The notes below the pieces were generated by a model that saw nothing but the letters and a program-made list of their open reading frames with translations, searched no databases and was not told the origin of the DNA. Made by a program: the position numbers and the translations under genes. A stretch of DNA of 64,000 nt from Nitrososphaerota archaeon (GTDB lineage Archaea; Thermoproteota; Nitrososphaeria_A; Caldarchaeales; Calditenuaceae), in NCBI GenBank assembly GCA_038845265.1, contig JAWBQR010000006.1, positions 56,637 through 120,636 of the forward strand, in the 5' to 3' direction. Positions within the stretch are counted from its first letter, which is position 1; each line of letters opens with the position of its first letter. Positions 1 through 9,600 of this stretch are shown in pieces.

Positions 1-2
1 CT

Positions 3-350
3 TTGAGACACTTGATGGGCATTATCAAGGAATTCTACATGAGGCTTGGGATCAGAAATGTTAGGTTTAGGCCAAGTTACTTCCCGTATACTGAGCCCTC
101 TGCTGAAGTTGAAGTAATGCTAGGAGAGAGCGGTCGATGGACAGAGCTAGGTGGAATGGGAATTTTTAGGCCAGAAGTGACTAGGCCTTTTGGTGTTAAA
201 TATCCAGTACTAGCATGGGGTCTGGGACTTGAAAGGCTAGCGATGGCTGTTTTCAACCTCAACGACATTAGAGAACTCTATCGGAACGACCTATCATGGA
301 TAAGGTCTGTTCCTATTACATTTTCAATCCTTAAAAAGGAGAGGGGCTAA
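3..350 (+). CDS. pheS: Phenylalanyl-tRNA synthetase alpha subunit, C-terminal part (truncated at window edge)
   Basis: FRPSYFPYTEPS and LAWGLGLERLAM class II aaRS motifs; directly followed by pheT. Confidence 0.95.
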   Translation: MRHLMGIIKEFYMRLGIRNVRFRPSYFPYTEPSAEVEVMLGESGRWTELGGMGIFRPEVTRPFGVKYPVLAWGLGLERLAMAVFNLNDIRELYRNDLSWIRSVPITFSILKKERG

Positions 351-352
351 GG

Positions 353-2008
353 ATGCCGGCAATTAATCTCAAAATTAATAGGTTGTCAAGGTTTCTAGGA
401 AAAGAGGTAAATGTAGGTGAGCTCATCGAGGCCATTCGAGATCTCGGCCTCGCGGTAGAAGAGGTGAGCGAGGGCTACATCAAAGCGGAATATAACCCCA
501 ACCGACCTGACTACTCAAGCATAGTTGGCGTAGCGAGAGCACTACAGGGCATGTTGGGTATAAAGACGGGTATGCCGCGATATAAAGTACATGACTCTGG
601 CGTAAAGATGATTATTGATCCTAAAGTTAGCGAGGTCAGACCATTTGTTGTTTCGGCAATTGTGAAGAATCTTGAGTTAAACGAAGACGTAATAGAAGAA
701 ATAATAGCGATGCAGGAAGATCTTCACTGGATCATAGGCAGGGACAGAAGAAAGGTTGCAATAGGTCTGCATGACTACTCGAAGATCAAGCCGCCTATAT
801 ACTACAGGGCCCTTCCACCAGACTCTATTAGCTTTGTCCCGCTTGGGGGGACACAGAAAATTACGCCGATAGAGATCCTCAGAAATACAAGTACAGGAAT
901 TAAGTATGGACACATACTTGAGGGAAAGAAGTACTTCCCATTTATAATGGATTCGAACAATGAGGTCCTCTCGTTTCCACCAATCATCAACTCAAGTTTA
1001 ACTGAGCTTACTTATAGGACAAGAGACATATTCATCGATGTCACTGGAACGGACTTTAAAGCCATATCGGACGCTCTAAACATACTCGTAACTGCTCTCC
1101 ACGACATGGGTGGAACTATTTACAGCGTTGACCTCATATATGACAATCGGCGAATAACCACTCCCGACCTTTCACCATCAAGATGGAGAATTAATCTGAA
1201 AGAGCAGGCAGCCCTAATTGGTGTCGATATTAGGCCTATTCATGCGTTAAGAGCTTTGAGAAGAATGAGACTCGACGCGAGGCTCGTCGATGATGAGATT
1301 GAGATATATGTCCCAGCATATAGAGTAGATATTCTACATCCTGTAGATTTTGCAGAAGAGATCGCGATAGGAATAGGATACTCACAATTGACACCGATTG
1401 TTCCTTATACTGCCAATTTTGGTCGCCTTACGGCTCTTTCGGAATTCTCGAAGATCTTAAGAATACTTATGGTTGGATTAGGCTTCACCGAGGCTATTAA
1501 CACTACCCTTTCAAATGGGCAAAAAGATTATGAATTTTTGGGAATATCTCAGTCCAATCAACCTAGAATACTTAATCCCGCATCAATTGAGTATAATACA
1601 TTGAGGCATTTATTACTGCCGGGGCTTCTTGAAACCTTAGCGTTAAACAAGCATAATCCAATGCCTCAGAAATTCTTTGAGCTGGGCGATGTGCTCCAAA
1701 TTGATGAAAATGTAGCTGAAAAATTTGTCCGACGACTACATTTATGCCTAGTAATATCTCACTCCTCCGCCTCTTATTCAGAGATAAAATCAACTGAGGA
1801 GGAAATCGCCAGGGCACTGCAAGTAGAGATTAGTATGACTGCAAAGGACTATCCGTTCATGATTCCCGGAAGGTCTGTAGCGTTAATGAAAGATAACGTT
1901 GAGGTAGGCTTTATGGGTGAGATTCATCCAGAGGTACTTGAAAAATTCAAGATAGAGATGCCTACTGTTTCTATGGAGATTGACATATCCTTACTCGGAC
2001 TTATATAG
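353..2008 (+). CDS. pheT: Phenylalanyl-tRNA synthetase beta subunit (archaeal type)
   Basis: NRPD, RVDILHPVDFAEEIAI and GEIHPEVL motifs; 551 aa; adjacent to pheS. Confidence 0.95.
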   Translation: MPAINLKINRLSRFLGKEVNVGELIEAIRDLGLAVEEVSEGYIKAEYNPNRPDYSSIVGVARALQGMLGIKTGMPRYKVHDSGVKMIIDPKVSEVRPFVVSAIVKNLELNEDVIEEIIAMQEDLHWIIGRDRRKVAIGLHDYSKIKPPIYYRALPPDSISFVPLGGTQKITPIEILRNTSTGIKYGHILEGKKYFPFIMDSNNEVLSFPPIINSSLTELTYRTRDIFIDVTGTDFKAISDALNILVTALHDMGGTIYSVDLIYDNRRITTPDLSPSRWRINLKEQAALIGVDIRPIHALRALRRMRLDARLVDDEIEIYVPAYRVDILHPVDFAEEIAIGIGYSQLTPIVPYTANFGRLTALSEFSKILRILMVGLGFTEAINTTLSNGQKDYEFLGISQSNQPRILNPASIEYNTLRHLLLPGLLETLALNKHNPMPQKFFELGDVLQIDENVAEKFVRRLHLCLVISHSSASYSEIKSTEEEIARALQVEISMTAKDYPFMIPGRSVALMKDNVEVGFMGEIHPEVLEKFKIEMPTVSMEIDISLLGLI

Positions 2009-2020
2009 AATATTGAGGTA

Positions 2021-2473
2021 TCATATTTTTCCAATCGAAACGAATGGCTTTGTCCCAAACAATCTATTATGTTCTTGCATCATGCATCTATTCCAAACTA
2101 CCTTAATCATTTTTTGACGTGCAAGCCTTACAGCCTCCTCGTTGTATATTCCCAGCTGCATCCAGACTACCTTTGGATTCTTTATTACTGCTTCTTGAAC
2201 TACTTGATACACCTGGTCGGATGGTCTAAAAATGTTGACTATGTCTAACTCAACAGGGATATCAGTTAATGACTTATATGACTTTAACCCCAGTATTTCA
2301 TCAGCGAAAGGATTTACTGGAATTACATTATAACCATGTCTTAAGAGAAATTTTGGAACATAGTGTGAAGGTTTTGAGGGATCTCTAGACATACCAACTA
2401 CTGCTACATTTTTTAGCGAAAGTATCTCGCGTATCTCTTCGTCGGACAGTCCATCACTAGGAATTTCCGTCAT
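2021..2473 (-). CDS. CoA-binding protein (YccU-like)
   Basis: VAVVGMSRDPSKPS, VIPVNP, DIVNIFRPS, VWMQLG and NRCMM motifs. Confidence 0.88.
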   Translation of the reverse strand: MTEIPSDGLSDEEIREILSLKNVAVVGMSRDPSKPSHYVPKFLLRHGYNVIPVNPFADEILGLKSYKSLTDIPVELDIVNIFRPSDQVYQVVQEAVIKNPKVVWMQLGIYNEEAVRLARQKMIKVVWNRCMMQEHNRLFGTKPFVSIGKI

Positions 2474-2510
2474 CTCGATTATTTTTCTATAATGTTTTTC
2501 TTCCTTAAAT

Positions 2511-3347
2511 TTATTCGTATTCTACAACTGCCATTGGATATGAGCCTAAGACCTTAAGGAACAATGTCTTGGAGGAGAGTTCAGCTAATGCTTCCTTAAC
2601 ATGCTTCTCTTCAATGCTGCCCTCAAAATCAATATAGAAGTTATATTGCCATGGCCTGCTTCTCGTAGGTCTAGATTCTATTTTTGTGAGGTTTATCCCG
2701 CGTAGGGCAAATGCGCCGAGAGCTTGATACAGCGCTCCAGGAATGTGGCTGAGCGTGAAGATCACTGTTGTCTTGCATCTCTCGCCGGGGGGTGGATTGT
2801 TTTTTCCAATGATTAGAAACCTAGTATAGTTTCTTCCATAGTCCTCGATGCTACGGGCAAGTATCTGCATTCCATAGATCTCGGCTGCCCTTTCACTAGC
2901 TATGGCTGCCGCCGTCTTATCTCCTGTTTCCTTAATGAGTTTTACAGCTCCGGCTGTGTCATATATGCTGATATATTCAAAACCCATAGATGCGATGTAG
3001 CCTCTACACTGAGATATGGCCTGTGGATGAGAGTAGACCCGCTTAATTGACTTTATGTCGGTTCCCGGAAGTCCTATCAAGCAGTGCACAATTTTTAGGT
3101 ATATCTCGCCGATTACCTTTAGGCTGGTCGTAAGTAGCAGGTCGTAGGTCTCCGTTACGCTCCCCTCTATGCTGTTCTCAATTGGGACTACCCCAGCATC
3201 CACCTCACCTACCTCTACGGCCGAAAAGACTGCAGATATCGTACGTTTAGGAATAGGCTCCGCCCCTGCTCCAAAATGCTTAATCACCGCCTCTTCGCTA
3301 TAAGATCCTTTTTCACCTTGAAATGCTACCTTCATCGCAATATTCAT
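2511..3347 (-). CDS. pheA: Prephenate dehydratase with ACT domain
   Basis: VAFQGEKGSYS, PIENSIEG, SHPQA, NYTRF and LTKIESRP motifs. Confidence 0.95.
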   Translation of the reverse strand: MNIAMKVAFQGEKGSYSEEAVIKHFGAGAEPIPKRTISAVFSAVEVGEVDAGVVPIENSIEGSVTETYDLLLTTSLKVIGEIYLKIVHCLIGLPGTDIKSIKRVYSHPQAISQCRGYIASMGFEYISIYDTAGAVKLIKETGDKTAAAIASERAAEIYGMQILARSIEDYGRNYTRFLIIGKNNPPPGERCKTTVIFTLSHIPGALYQALGAFALRGINLTKIESRPTRSRPWQYNFYIDFEGSIEEKHVKEALAELSSKTLFLKVLGSYPMAVVEYE

Positions 3348-4330
3348 TAATCTTCTCCATATTTAGAGTTGTGATTATTATTCTCCACTTGGTATTGCTG
3401 TTCCTTTAGCTTCTTGATTAATACCGGAAGAAATTCATATAGATCAGCGATTACTGAATAGTCTGCTTCTTTATGAATGGGAGCGTTTGGATCATTATTT
3501 ATAGCTATTATTGTTTTAGCATTTTTTATGCCTATTGTGTGTTGTATTTGGCCAGAGATGCCGATGGCTATGTAGATGCTTGCCCGTATCCAATTCCCGG
3601 ATAGTCCGATATGTCTATCATCAGGTAGCCAGTTTAGGTCGCCTGATATGGGCCGGCTGCATCCCATCTCTGCCCCAATCAACCTACTTAATTCTTCAGC
3701 AAGATTGAGATCTTCCTTCTTTCGAAATCCCTTACCGACTGCGACAACCCTATCTGCAGATGAGAGATCAGCCCCACTCTTAACTCCTAGTCTTTTCTCA
3801 ATTATTTCAATATCTCCTTGTATGTGAATGTTTTTTGAGTTAACTGACGTTATTACTGGGTTTTTACTCGTCATGAAGGTTGTGGATTTAAATGCATCAG
3901 GCTGTAAAGTAACAAAAACTGGACACGTAATTAAGTCCTGCGTCGCGATATACCCTCCACCCAGAACAGGTCTACATATTCTGAAATTTTCTCCAATTTT
4001 TTCAATGTTGATGCAATTGTTTGCGCAAGCAGCGCCTATTCGCTGGGCTGCCCTTCCAAAAATTTCTCTCACGTTCTTTTTTGCCTCACCCACGACAAGC
4101 CTTGGCTTCTTCTCTGCTACGACATGTGTCAATATCTTAGAGATATATGTAGGAATGGGCGGTGATCGGTAAGTTATTATTTCTGAGACACCATACCTCG
4201 AGGCCCCCTCAACATTAACTAAGTCCTCGTGGCTCATTATCAATAGTGGATTTAATCCCAAAGATGCAGATGTAGATAGGAGTTCAGGAACATGCCTCCA
4301 GTCATCTGCAAATATCAATGCTCCGTTCAT
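3347..4330 (-). CDS. etfA: Electron transfer flavoprotein alpha subunit
   Basis: C-terminal FAD domain: CSRP, IGLSG, GISGQIQH, AINNDPNAPI. Confidence 0.92.
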   Translation of the reverse strand: MNGALIFADDWRHVPELLSTSASLGLNPLLIMSHEDLVNVEGASRYGVSEIITYRSPPIPTYISKILTHVVAEKKPRLVVGEAKKNVREIFGRAAQRIGAACANNCINIEKIGENFRICRPVLGGGYIATQDLITCPVFVTLQPDAFKSTTFMTSKNPVITSVNSKNIHIQGDIEIIEKRLGVKSGADLSSADRVVAVGKGFRKKEDLNLAEELSRLIGAEMGCSRPISGDLNWLPDDRHIGLSGNWIRASIYIAIGISGQIQHTIGIKNAKTIIAINNDPNAPIHKEADYSVIADLYEFLPVLIKKLKEQQYQVENNNHNSKYGED

Positions 4331-4334
4331 CTGT

Positions 4335-5117
4335 TCACTCCCATCCTTCAGATTGAATGATGGTTATTACTTTACGAGCAATTTCTTCTAGACTGCCAGA
4401 TAGAACTACATTCTTTCGTTTAGTCTTTATTACCTTTACTTCCTGTAGTTTGACGAGACTTCTGAACCTTTCTCTCGGTAAATTGATAGAGTCAAGCGGT
4501 ATAAAATTTATTGGTTTTTTTGATGCCGCCCTAATCATTAACACACTCGGTAGTCTAGGTGTATTGATTTCAAGACATACAGATACTACTGCTGGTAATT
4601 TTGCTTTTAAGGTTTCTATACCGTCTTCTACGATGCGCTCAGCGATAATGTAGTCACCCATAATCTCTAACTTTACGGCATGCGTAACGCTGGGCAGATC
4701 TAGTTCTTCAGCAATCCTGGGCCCTACTTGATATGCCCCTTCATCCAGTGATGATTCTCCGCAGAGAATGAGATCGGGAATACCGGCCACCCTCGAGAGA
4801 TACGCTAGAATGTTTGCATAAACCCACTGATCAGCATTCCTCAATCGGGAATCGCTGACCACATATGCTTCGTCAGCACCCATAGCAAGCGCTTCCCTCA
4901 GTACTGCGGGTCTTACATCATGACCAACACATAGTAGACTGACTTTTCCATCCATCTTCTCTTTGATCCTGACAGCCTCCTCAATAGCATTTAATTCAGC
5001 ATCTCCGATCCTGAATTCAGCCTTTTCAATCATTGGACTAAGCGTTGTTGGGTCAAACTCGAGTGAATTTACATCTACTGACTGTTTAATACAGACATGT
5101 ATGTTCAGCATATCCAC
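4335..5117 (-). CDS. etfB: Electron transfer flavoprotein beta subunit
   Basis: VCIKQSVD, ALAMGAD, DLILCG and INTPRLPS motifs; adjacent to etfA. Confidence 0.92.
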   Translation of the reverse strand: MDMLNIHVCIKQSVDVNSLEFDPTTLSPMIEKAEFRIGDAELNAIEEAVRIKEKMDGKVSLLCVGHDVRPAVLREALAMGADEAYVVSDSRLRNADQWVYANILAYLSRVAGIPDLILCGESSLDEGAYQVGPRIAEELDLPSVTHAVKLEIMGDYIIAERIVEDGIETLKAKLPAVVSVCLEINTPRLPSVLMIRAASKKPINFIPLDSINLPRERFRSLVKLQEVKVIKTKRKNVVLSGSLEEIARKVITIIQSEGWE

Positions 5118-5162
5118 TATACTCTAAATCATAGTTACTTAATGATTATTTCTATATCTTCC

Positions 5163-5880
5163 CTATTTTATGTAACCTTTCCTGAGTCTTTCAAGGAGCG
5201 GTATTTCTCCTAGTTTTCTAGGAGAGAGAAGGCTCCAGATAATTCCTGATGGACGAGGCCTGCGCGGCAAGACCTCTATTACTCTATTATTTGTAAAGAT
5301 ATAGTCAACTGGCACGTCATATCTCTCATAAGGAATGTATTCAACAATTTGCAGCTCATGGACAGTAGTAGTAATAGGTGTGTCTTCACTGATCTTGTTA
5401 AGCATCCTAAACATAGCGTACTCGATCTCAGAGTATCCTTCACCTTTACCAAGTCGCCAACCATCCTTTGTGACTGCAACCGACCCAACGACAATTAGAT
5501 CTATTTTCGGAAGATATTCTAGTTCTGTTTTTTTTACCAAAGACGTAACTTCCCCTAATTGTTGAGGCGAAGTCAATTTTGTCTTTTGGCACATTTTCGG
5601 GATCAATCATTAAAAATCCATTCCTAATCCTGGGCGTCGGCATTATCAATCGCTTTCCATCCATTAGGCACTTCATCCTTACGAACTTTTGAGGAGAATC
5701 TGGACTTACTTTTACGACCGTGGCGCTTCGATAAATATCGTGACTACATAACAAAGCAGCCGCCCTTGAGGCACCAATAAAGTTAGGAATTCTTCCGAAT
5801 ATAGGCTTAGGAAACGTGGCTACTCCACTTTCCTCAAGCTTATTCCAAACAAGCATCCTGATTCTCTGCTTTTCCGACAT
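5163..5880 (-). pseudogene. 5-formyltetrahydrofolate cyclo-ligase-like (MTHFSD family) gene split by a +1 frameshift at an A8 run (5528-5535)
   Basis: N-half (KQRIRMLVW, GRIPNFIGA, SPDSPQ, PTPRIRNGF) is in ORF 5446-5904; C-half (IDLIVVGSVAV, RLGKGEGYSEIEY, TTVHELQ, DVPVD) is in ORF 5163-5606. Removing one A gives a continuous ~238-aa protein. Could be a sequencing error rather than a true pseudogene. Confidence 0.8.
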
Positions 5881-5890
5881 TATTTGCTCA

Positions 5891-7903
5891 TTACTCAAGA
5901 TCAAATACCTCGGCGATATCTAGGACCTGCATTTTATTTAATCCAACCATCTTGGCAGCATCCTCAAGCATTAGGAGGCAGAAGGGGCACTCCACTACTA
6001 AAACCTCGGCACCCGTCGTAGCAGCCTCTTCAATCCTAAATATGCTTTCCTTCTTTATTCTTTTGATCTCGAACCAGAAGTTACCACCGCCGCCCCCACA
6101 GCAAAAAGTTTCTCTGCCATGTCTTTTCATATCTATTAATTTTGCATCTCTAAGAGCCATCCTCGGCTCTTTGATTATGCTGTTAAATCGTGAAAGATAG
6201 CAAGAATCATGTAATGTCAACTTAACAAAGTTCCTTAATCTTAATTTTCCACTATTCACTAGCATATTTAGAAGTTCAGTGTGATGAATAACTTTCAGAC
6301 TCAAACCTAGATCTTTATATTCATTTTTAAAAATATTATAACAATGCGGACAATGAGTCAGTATTTTTCTATCAGAGAATTTATTCAATAGACCAATGTT
6401 TTGATATGCAAGTTCTTGAAATCTACCTTCTTCACCAATTCTGCGGGCAGGATCTCCTGTGCAGTTTTCTCCAGGACCAATAATGGCAAAACTCACACCA
6501 CATTTAATCATAACTTTTATAAGAGACTTAGCTACCTTACGTATTCTCTCATCACAAAGAGCCATGCATCCAAGCCAATATATGTATTCAGCTTCGGGAT
6601 ACTCATCAATAGTTTTTGCTCCGATTGCCTTTAGCTCCTTAATTGCTGCTTCTTTGTATGATCGTGGAAGACCGTATGGATTCTGAGTGCGAGCCAGGTT
6701 TGAAAGTATTCTTGTAACATGTCTATCTAGTTTTCCCTCGGATGCTATTGCTCTCCGTGCTTCTAATATATATTCAAGTGGATTAATCATGACTGGGCAG
6801 GAATCAAAACATGCACCACAAGTCGTGCATGCATAAATCTCTTCGAGATTAAGTATTCCAACATTAAATAAATCCTCACTAATCGAGGATAAATGCTGTT
6901 GCACGGAGCGAAGCTTCTGAACTAGATTCCTTGGCGAGAGAAGAGTTCCGGAAGCAGTAGCTGGACATGCCTCCTCACACCTTCCGCAATCAGTACATGC
7001 ATCAATGGCAAGTCTTTGTAGAGGCGCAAGATCGACTACTTTTTTAAATCCAACTTTTATTTCAATATCTATTTTGTCGAGGATTTCTGTCAATCTAAAA
7101 GGAGTAGCAGGTATGTAAAGTACTGGTTCTCTAATACTCATATATGATGCATTAAGCGCTCCTAAAACGGTATGAAGTATATTTGTAAATGGAGCAACTG
7201 CAAGCAATGAAAAAGCAGCTAATGCATGAATCCACCAAATTGACTGATATGCAACAATGATTATCGTTTTCTCAACTATAGTTGTCTTTACAACTTCAGA
7301 TATTAAATATCCAATAAAAGAATATCTTGACCAGTGTACACTGGTTAGGTAGAGTCTGAACCCTTCAATTATAAAACCTGTTAAGCATATGAAAATCAAG
7401 ATATAAAGTATCGCAAGGTGTTCTTTTTTCATTCTTAATCTTTTTAACCTTGATCGTCCTACTCTTCTCTTAATTGCAATAATCAAACCAACTATAAGTA
7501 GTACTCCGAAAAAATCGAGTAAGAATTCATATAACAAATAATAATTACCTATTAATAATTTGATTTTAAATAAACTTAATATATTATCATCAATAAAAAT
7601 CAATATAGTTCCTAGAAAAAGCACGAATATACCATACATTATCATTATGTGCATTATGCCGCTCTTCCTATCCCACAGCAGCTTCACTTGCAACAATACA
7701 TTTTTTATGAGAGAAGAAAAATTAATTAATCTTGGATTAAAAAGTGATCTAATTGCATTCATACCTCCATACGTCTTTAACCTAAGATAGATGCCATAGA
7801 GAAAGACTGAGAAAAATGGTGCTAAGACTAGGTAAATAACAAGTCCCGTCCCGCTAGGCATTAATCCAAAGCTTTCCCTAAATGGCGTATATAGATCCTC
7901 CAT
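5891..7903 (-). CDS. Membrane-bound Fe-S oxidoreductase, FadF/DUF224 type (NarI-like membrane domain, 2x[4Fe-4S], two CCG domains)
   Basis: Hydrophobic N-half with His residues; CTDCGRCEEACP and CTTCGACFDSCP; ENCTGD, HCPHC, HDSCY, CCGGGGG, ECPFC; co-oriented with etfBA. Confidence 0.88.
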   Translation of the reverse strand: MEDLYTPFRESFGLMPSGTGLVIYLVLAPFFSVFLYGIYLRLKTYGGMNAIRSLFNPRLINFSSLIKNVLLQVKLLWDRKSGIMHIMIMYGIFVLFLGTILIFIDDNILSLFKIKLLIGNYYLLYEFLLDFFGVLLIVGLIIAIKRRVGRSRLKRLRMKKEHLAILYILIFICLTGFIIEGFRLYLTSVHWSRYSFIGYLISEVVKTTIVEKTIIIVAYQSIWWIHALAAFSLLAVAPFTNILHTVLGALNASYMSIREPVLYIPATPFRLTEILDKIDIEIKVGFKKVVDLAPLQRLAIDACTDCGRCEEACPATASGTLLSPRNLVQKLRSVQQHLSSISEDLFNVGILNLEEIYACTTCGACFDSCPVMINPLEYILEARRAIASEGKLDRHVTRILSNLARTQNPYGLPRSYKEAAIKELKAIGAKTIDEYPEAEYIYWLGCMALCDERIRKVAKSLIKVMIKCGVSFAIIGPGENCTGDPARRIGEEGRFQELAYQNIGLLNKFSDRKILTHCPHCYNIFKNEYKDLGLSLKVIHHTELLNMLVNSGKLRLRNFVKLTLHDSCYLSRFNSIIKEPRMALRDAKLIDMKRHGRETFCCGGGGGNFWFEIKRIKKESIFRIEEAATTGAEVLVVECPFCLLMLEDAAKMVGLNKMQVLDIAEVFDLE

Positions 7904-7990
7904 TTTTTCGAATATGTATTAATAATCTACATATTTCAACATTCTTCACTACTACATATAAATATTGAAACTGAGTAGATAAGAATCTAG

Positions 7991-8185
7991 ATGAAGAATT
8001 ACCTGATAGTGAAGTGCTCAAATTGTGGTGAGGTTAGAGTTACTACTGCGTCAAAGACATTTAGATGTTATAAATGCGGAAAAATAAATAGATTAGAGAA
8101 GGAGAACATTCTTGCTTATGCATCAGATGCGGAAGAAGCAAGGATGACTATCCTCAAATTAAAACAATACCCACTAGATAAGTAA
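7991..8185 (+). CDS. Small zinc-ribbon protein (DUF1922-like)
   Basis: CSNCG...FRCYKCG; TATA-like ATATAAAT upstream. Confidence 0.7.
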   Translation: MKNYLIVKCSNCGEVRVTTASKTFRCYKCGKINRLEKENILAYASDAEEARMTILKLKQYPLDK

Positions 8186-8188
8186 AAA

Positions 8189-9337
8189 TTAAGAGTGAAG
8201 TTCTATCACTCTTGGTTCATAGTTCCTAAGTCCATTAAATCTACTGGGGTCAAAGGTAGTAGGCAGCTCTTTCCATGCGTCTCTTACTAATGCGTGTACT
8301 AGCAGTTCTGCCATTGCTGGTGCCCGCATTATTCCATAACCATTTAATCCGTCGAAGATGTATGCGTTATCAAATCCTGGAATTCTACCTAGTACTGGAT
8401 ATCCATCAGGAGTTGTGCTGCATGGACCTGACCATCCACTAATGACTTTTATCTCGGATGGATCTACGAATCGATCGCATATTTTTTCTGCCAAATCTTC
8501 TATGTATTCTGGCTCAGCTCTGTTTGGATAGCTATCTGGGTCTTCGATAATCTTGGCGTAACCGTTTCCGATAACTAAACGAGTGGCTCCTTCCGGCCTC
8601 ATATAAATGTGTGAGTCTTGGAAATAGAGTGGAATAATCTTCATATTCGCTGGTTTTGAAAAAGTTAATGCTTGACATACATAGATTGTAGTTGGTAATT
8701 GCCATATTCCCAAGCGATTAATTAGGGTCTTGTTCCATGCCCCTGCTGCAAAGACATAATGTTCACCGTTAAACTCAGTTGAGCCGTCGCTCTTGATTGA
8801 TTTAATTACCCTATCATCTTTCTCTACGCTTTTGACCGTCGTATATTCATAAATATCTACATTTAAGTTCTTTAGCACTTTTCTGATTGCTTGGTACAAT
8901 AATGAAATATCAATTATGATATCATGAGGCGTATAGACCCCTAACTCGCTATCCCTAATTATAATGCCCGGCACAAATTCTCTCAACTCATCGCTACTTA
9001 ACAATGAATGAGTAACTCCCAAGTTACTTAGCATTTTGCTGCTCTCTTTTGCCATCCAGCTCTCTTCTATTGATAAGAATCCACATTTATTACGAATCTC
9101 CTCGAAGTCATACTTGTCTGCAAATTCGTCATATAACTCTAAACTTCTTTTAGAAAGCTTCACATCAATCTCTAATGCCAGTTGAGTAGTGTGGATTCCT
9201 GCACATCTTCCTGTCCCTCCAGACCCTAATAATCCCGATTCTACAAGTACTACTTTTTTCCCAATCGATGCTGCAATGTATGCGGTCCAGATGCCACTTA
9301 TTCCACCGCCTATGATTACCAAGTCATAGCTATTCAT
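8189..9337 (-). CDS. FAD-dependent oxidoreductase, DAO/sarcosine oxidase beta family
   Basis: IIGGGISG Rossmann motif; TPDGYPVLG; GLNGYGIMRAPA. Confidence 0.85.
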   Translation of the reverse strand: MNSYDLVIIGGGISGIWTAYIAASIGKKVVLVESGLLGSGGTGRCAGIHTTQLALEIDVKLSKRSLELYDEFADKYDFEEIRNKCGFLSIEESWMAKESSKMLSNLGVTHSLLSSDELREFVPGIIIRDSELGVYTPHDIIIDISLLYQAIRKVLKNLNVDIYEYTTVKSVEKDDRVIKSIKSDGSTEFNGEHYVFAAGAWNKTLINRLGIWQLPTTIYVCQALTFSKPANMKIIPLYFQDSHIYMRPEGATRLVIGNGYAKIIEDPDSYPNRAEPEYIEDLAEKICDRFVDPSEIKVISGWSGPCSTTPDGYPVLGRIPGFDNAYIFDGLNGYGIMRAPAMAELLVHALVRDAWKELPTTFDPSRFNGLRNYEPRVIELHS

Positions 9338-9600
9338 GCTGAGAATTATCTAACTCGTAGCTGAGCTTTAAACCTCTGCTTGTATATTAGGCATATTTTC
9401 AAAATTATATTATAACTTGTAAATTATCTAAATAAATATCTGAAAAAATATTATAGGAGTTATCAATAATGAGCCTTTATAACTAAAACTGACAGTATAT
9501 TTACCCAGTTAACATTAGAGCTTTTTATAAATGATGACTTAATATATTATTTAAAAAACTTAAAATTAGTGCTACTAATGCTTTTTTATAAATCTTAATT

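Noticed and set aside
5524-5540. A AAA AAC heptamer as a programmed -1 ribosomal frameshift site
   Set aside because: The downstream half is in the +1 (or -2) frame, so -1 slippage would not rejoin the protein.
8189-9337. ThiO (glycine oxidase) as part of the thiamine operon
   Set aside because: Separated from thiDN by 263 bp with its own TATA-like box, and no thiG/thiS nearby; generic DAO-family call retained.
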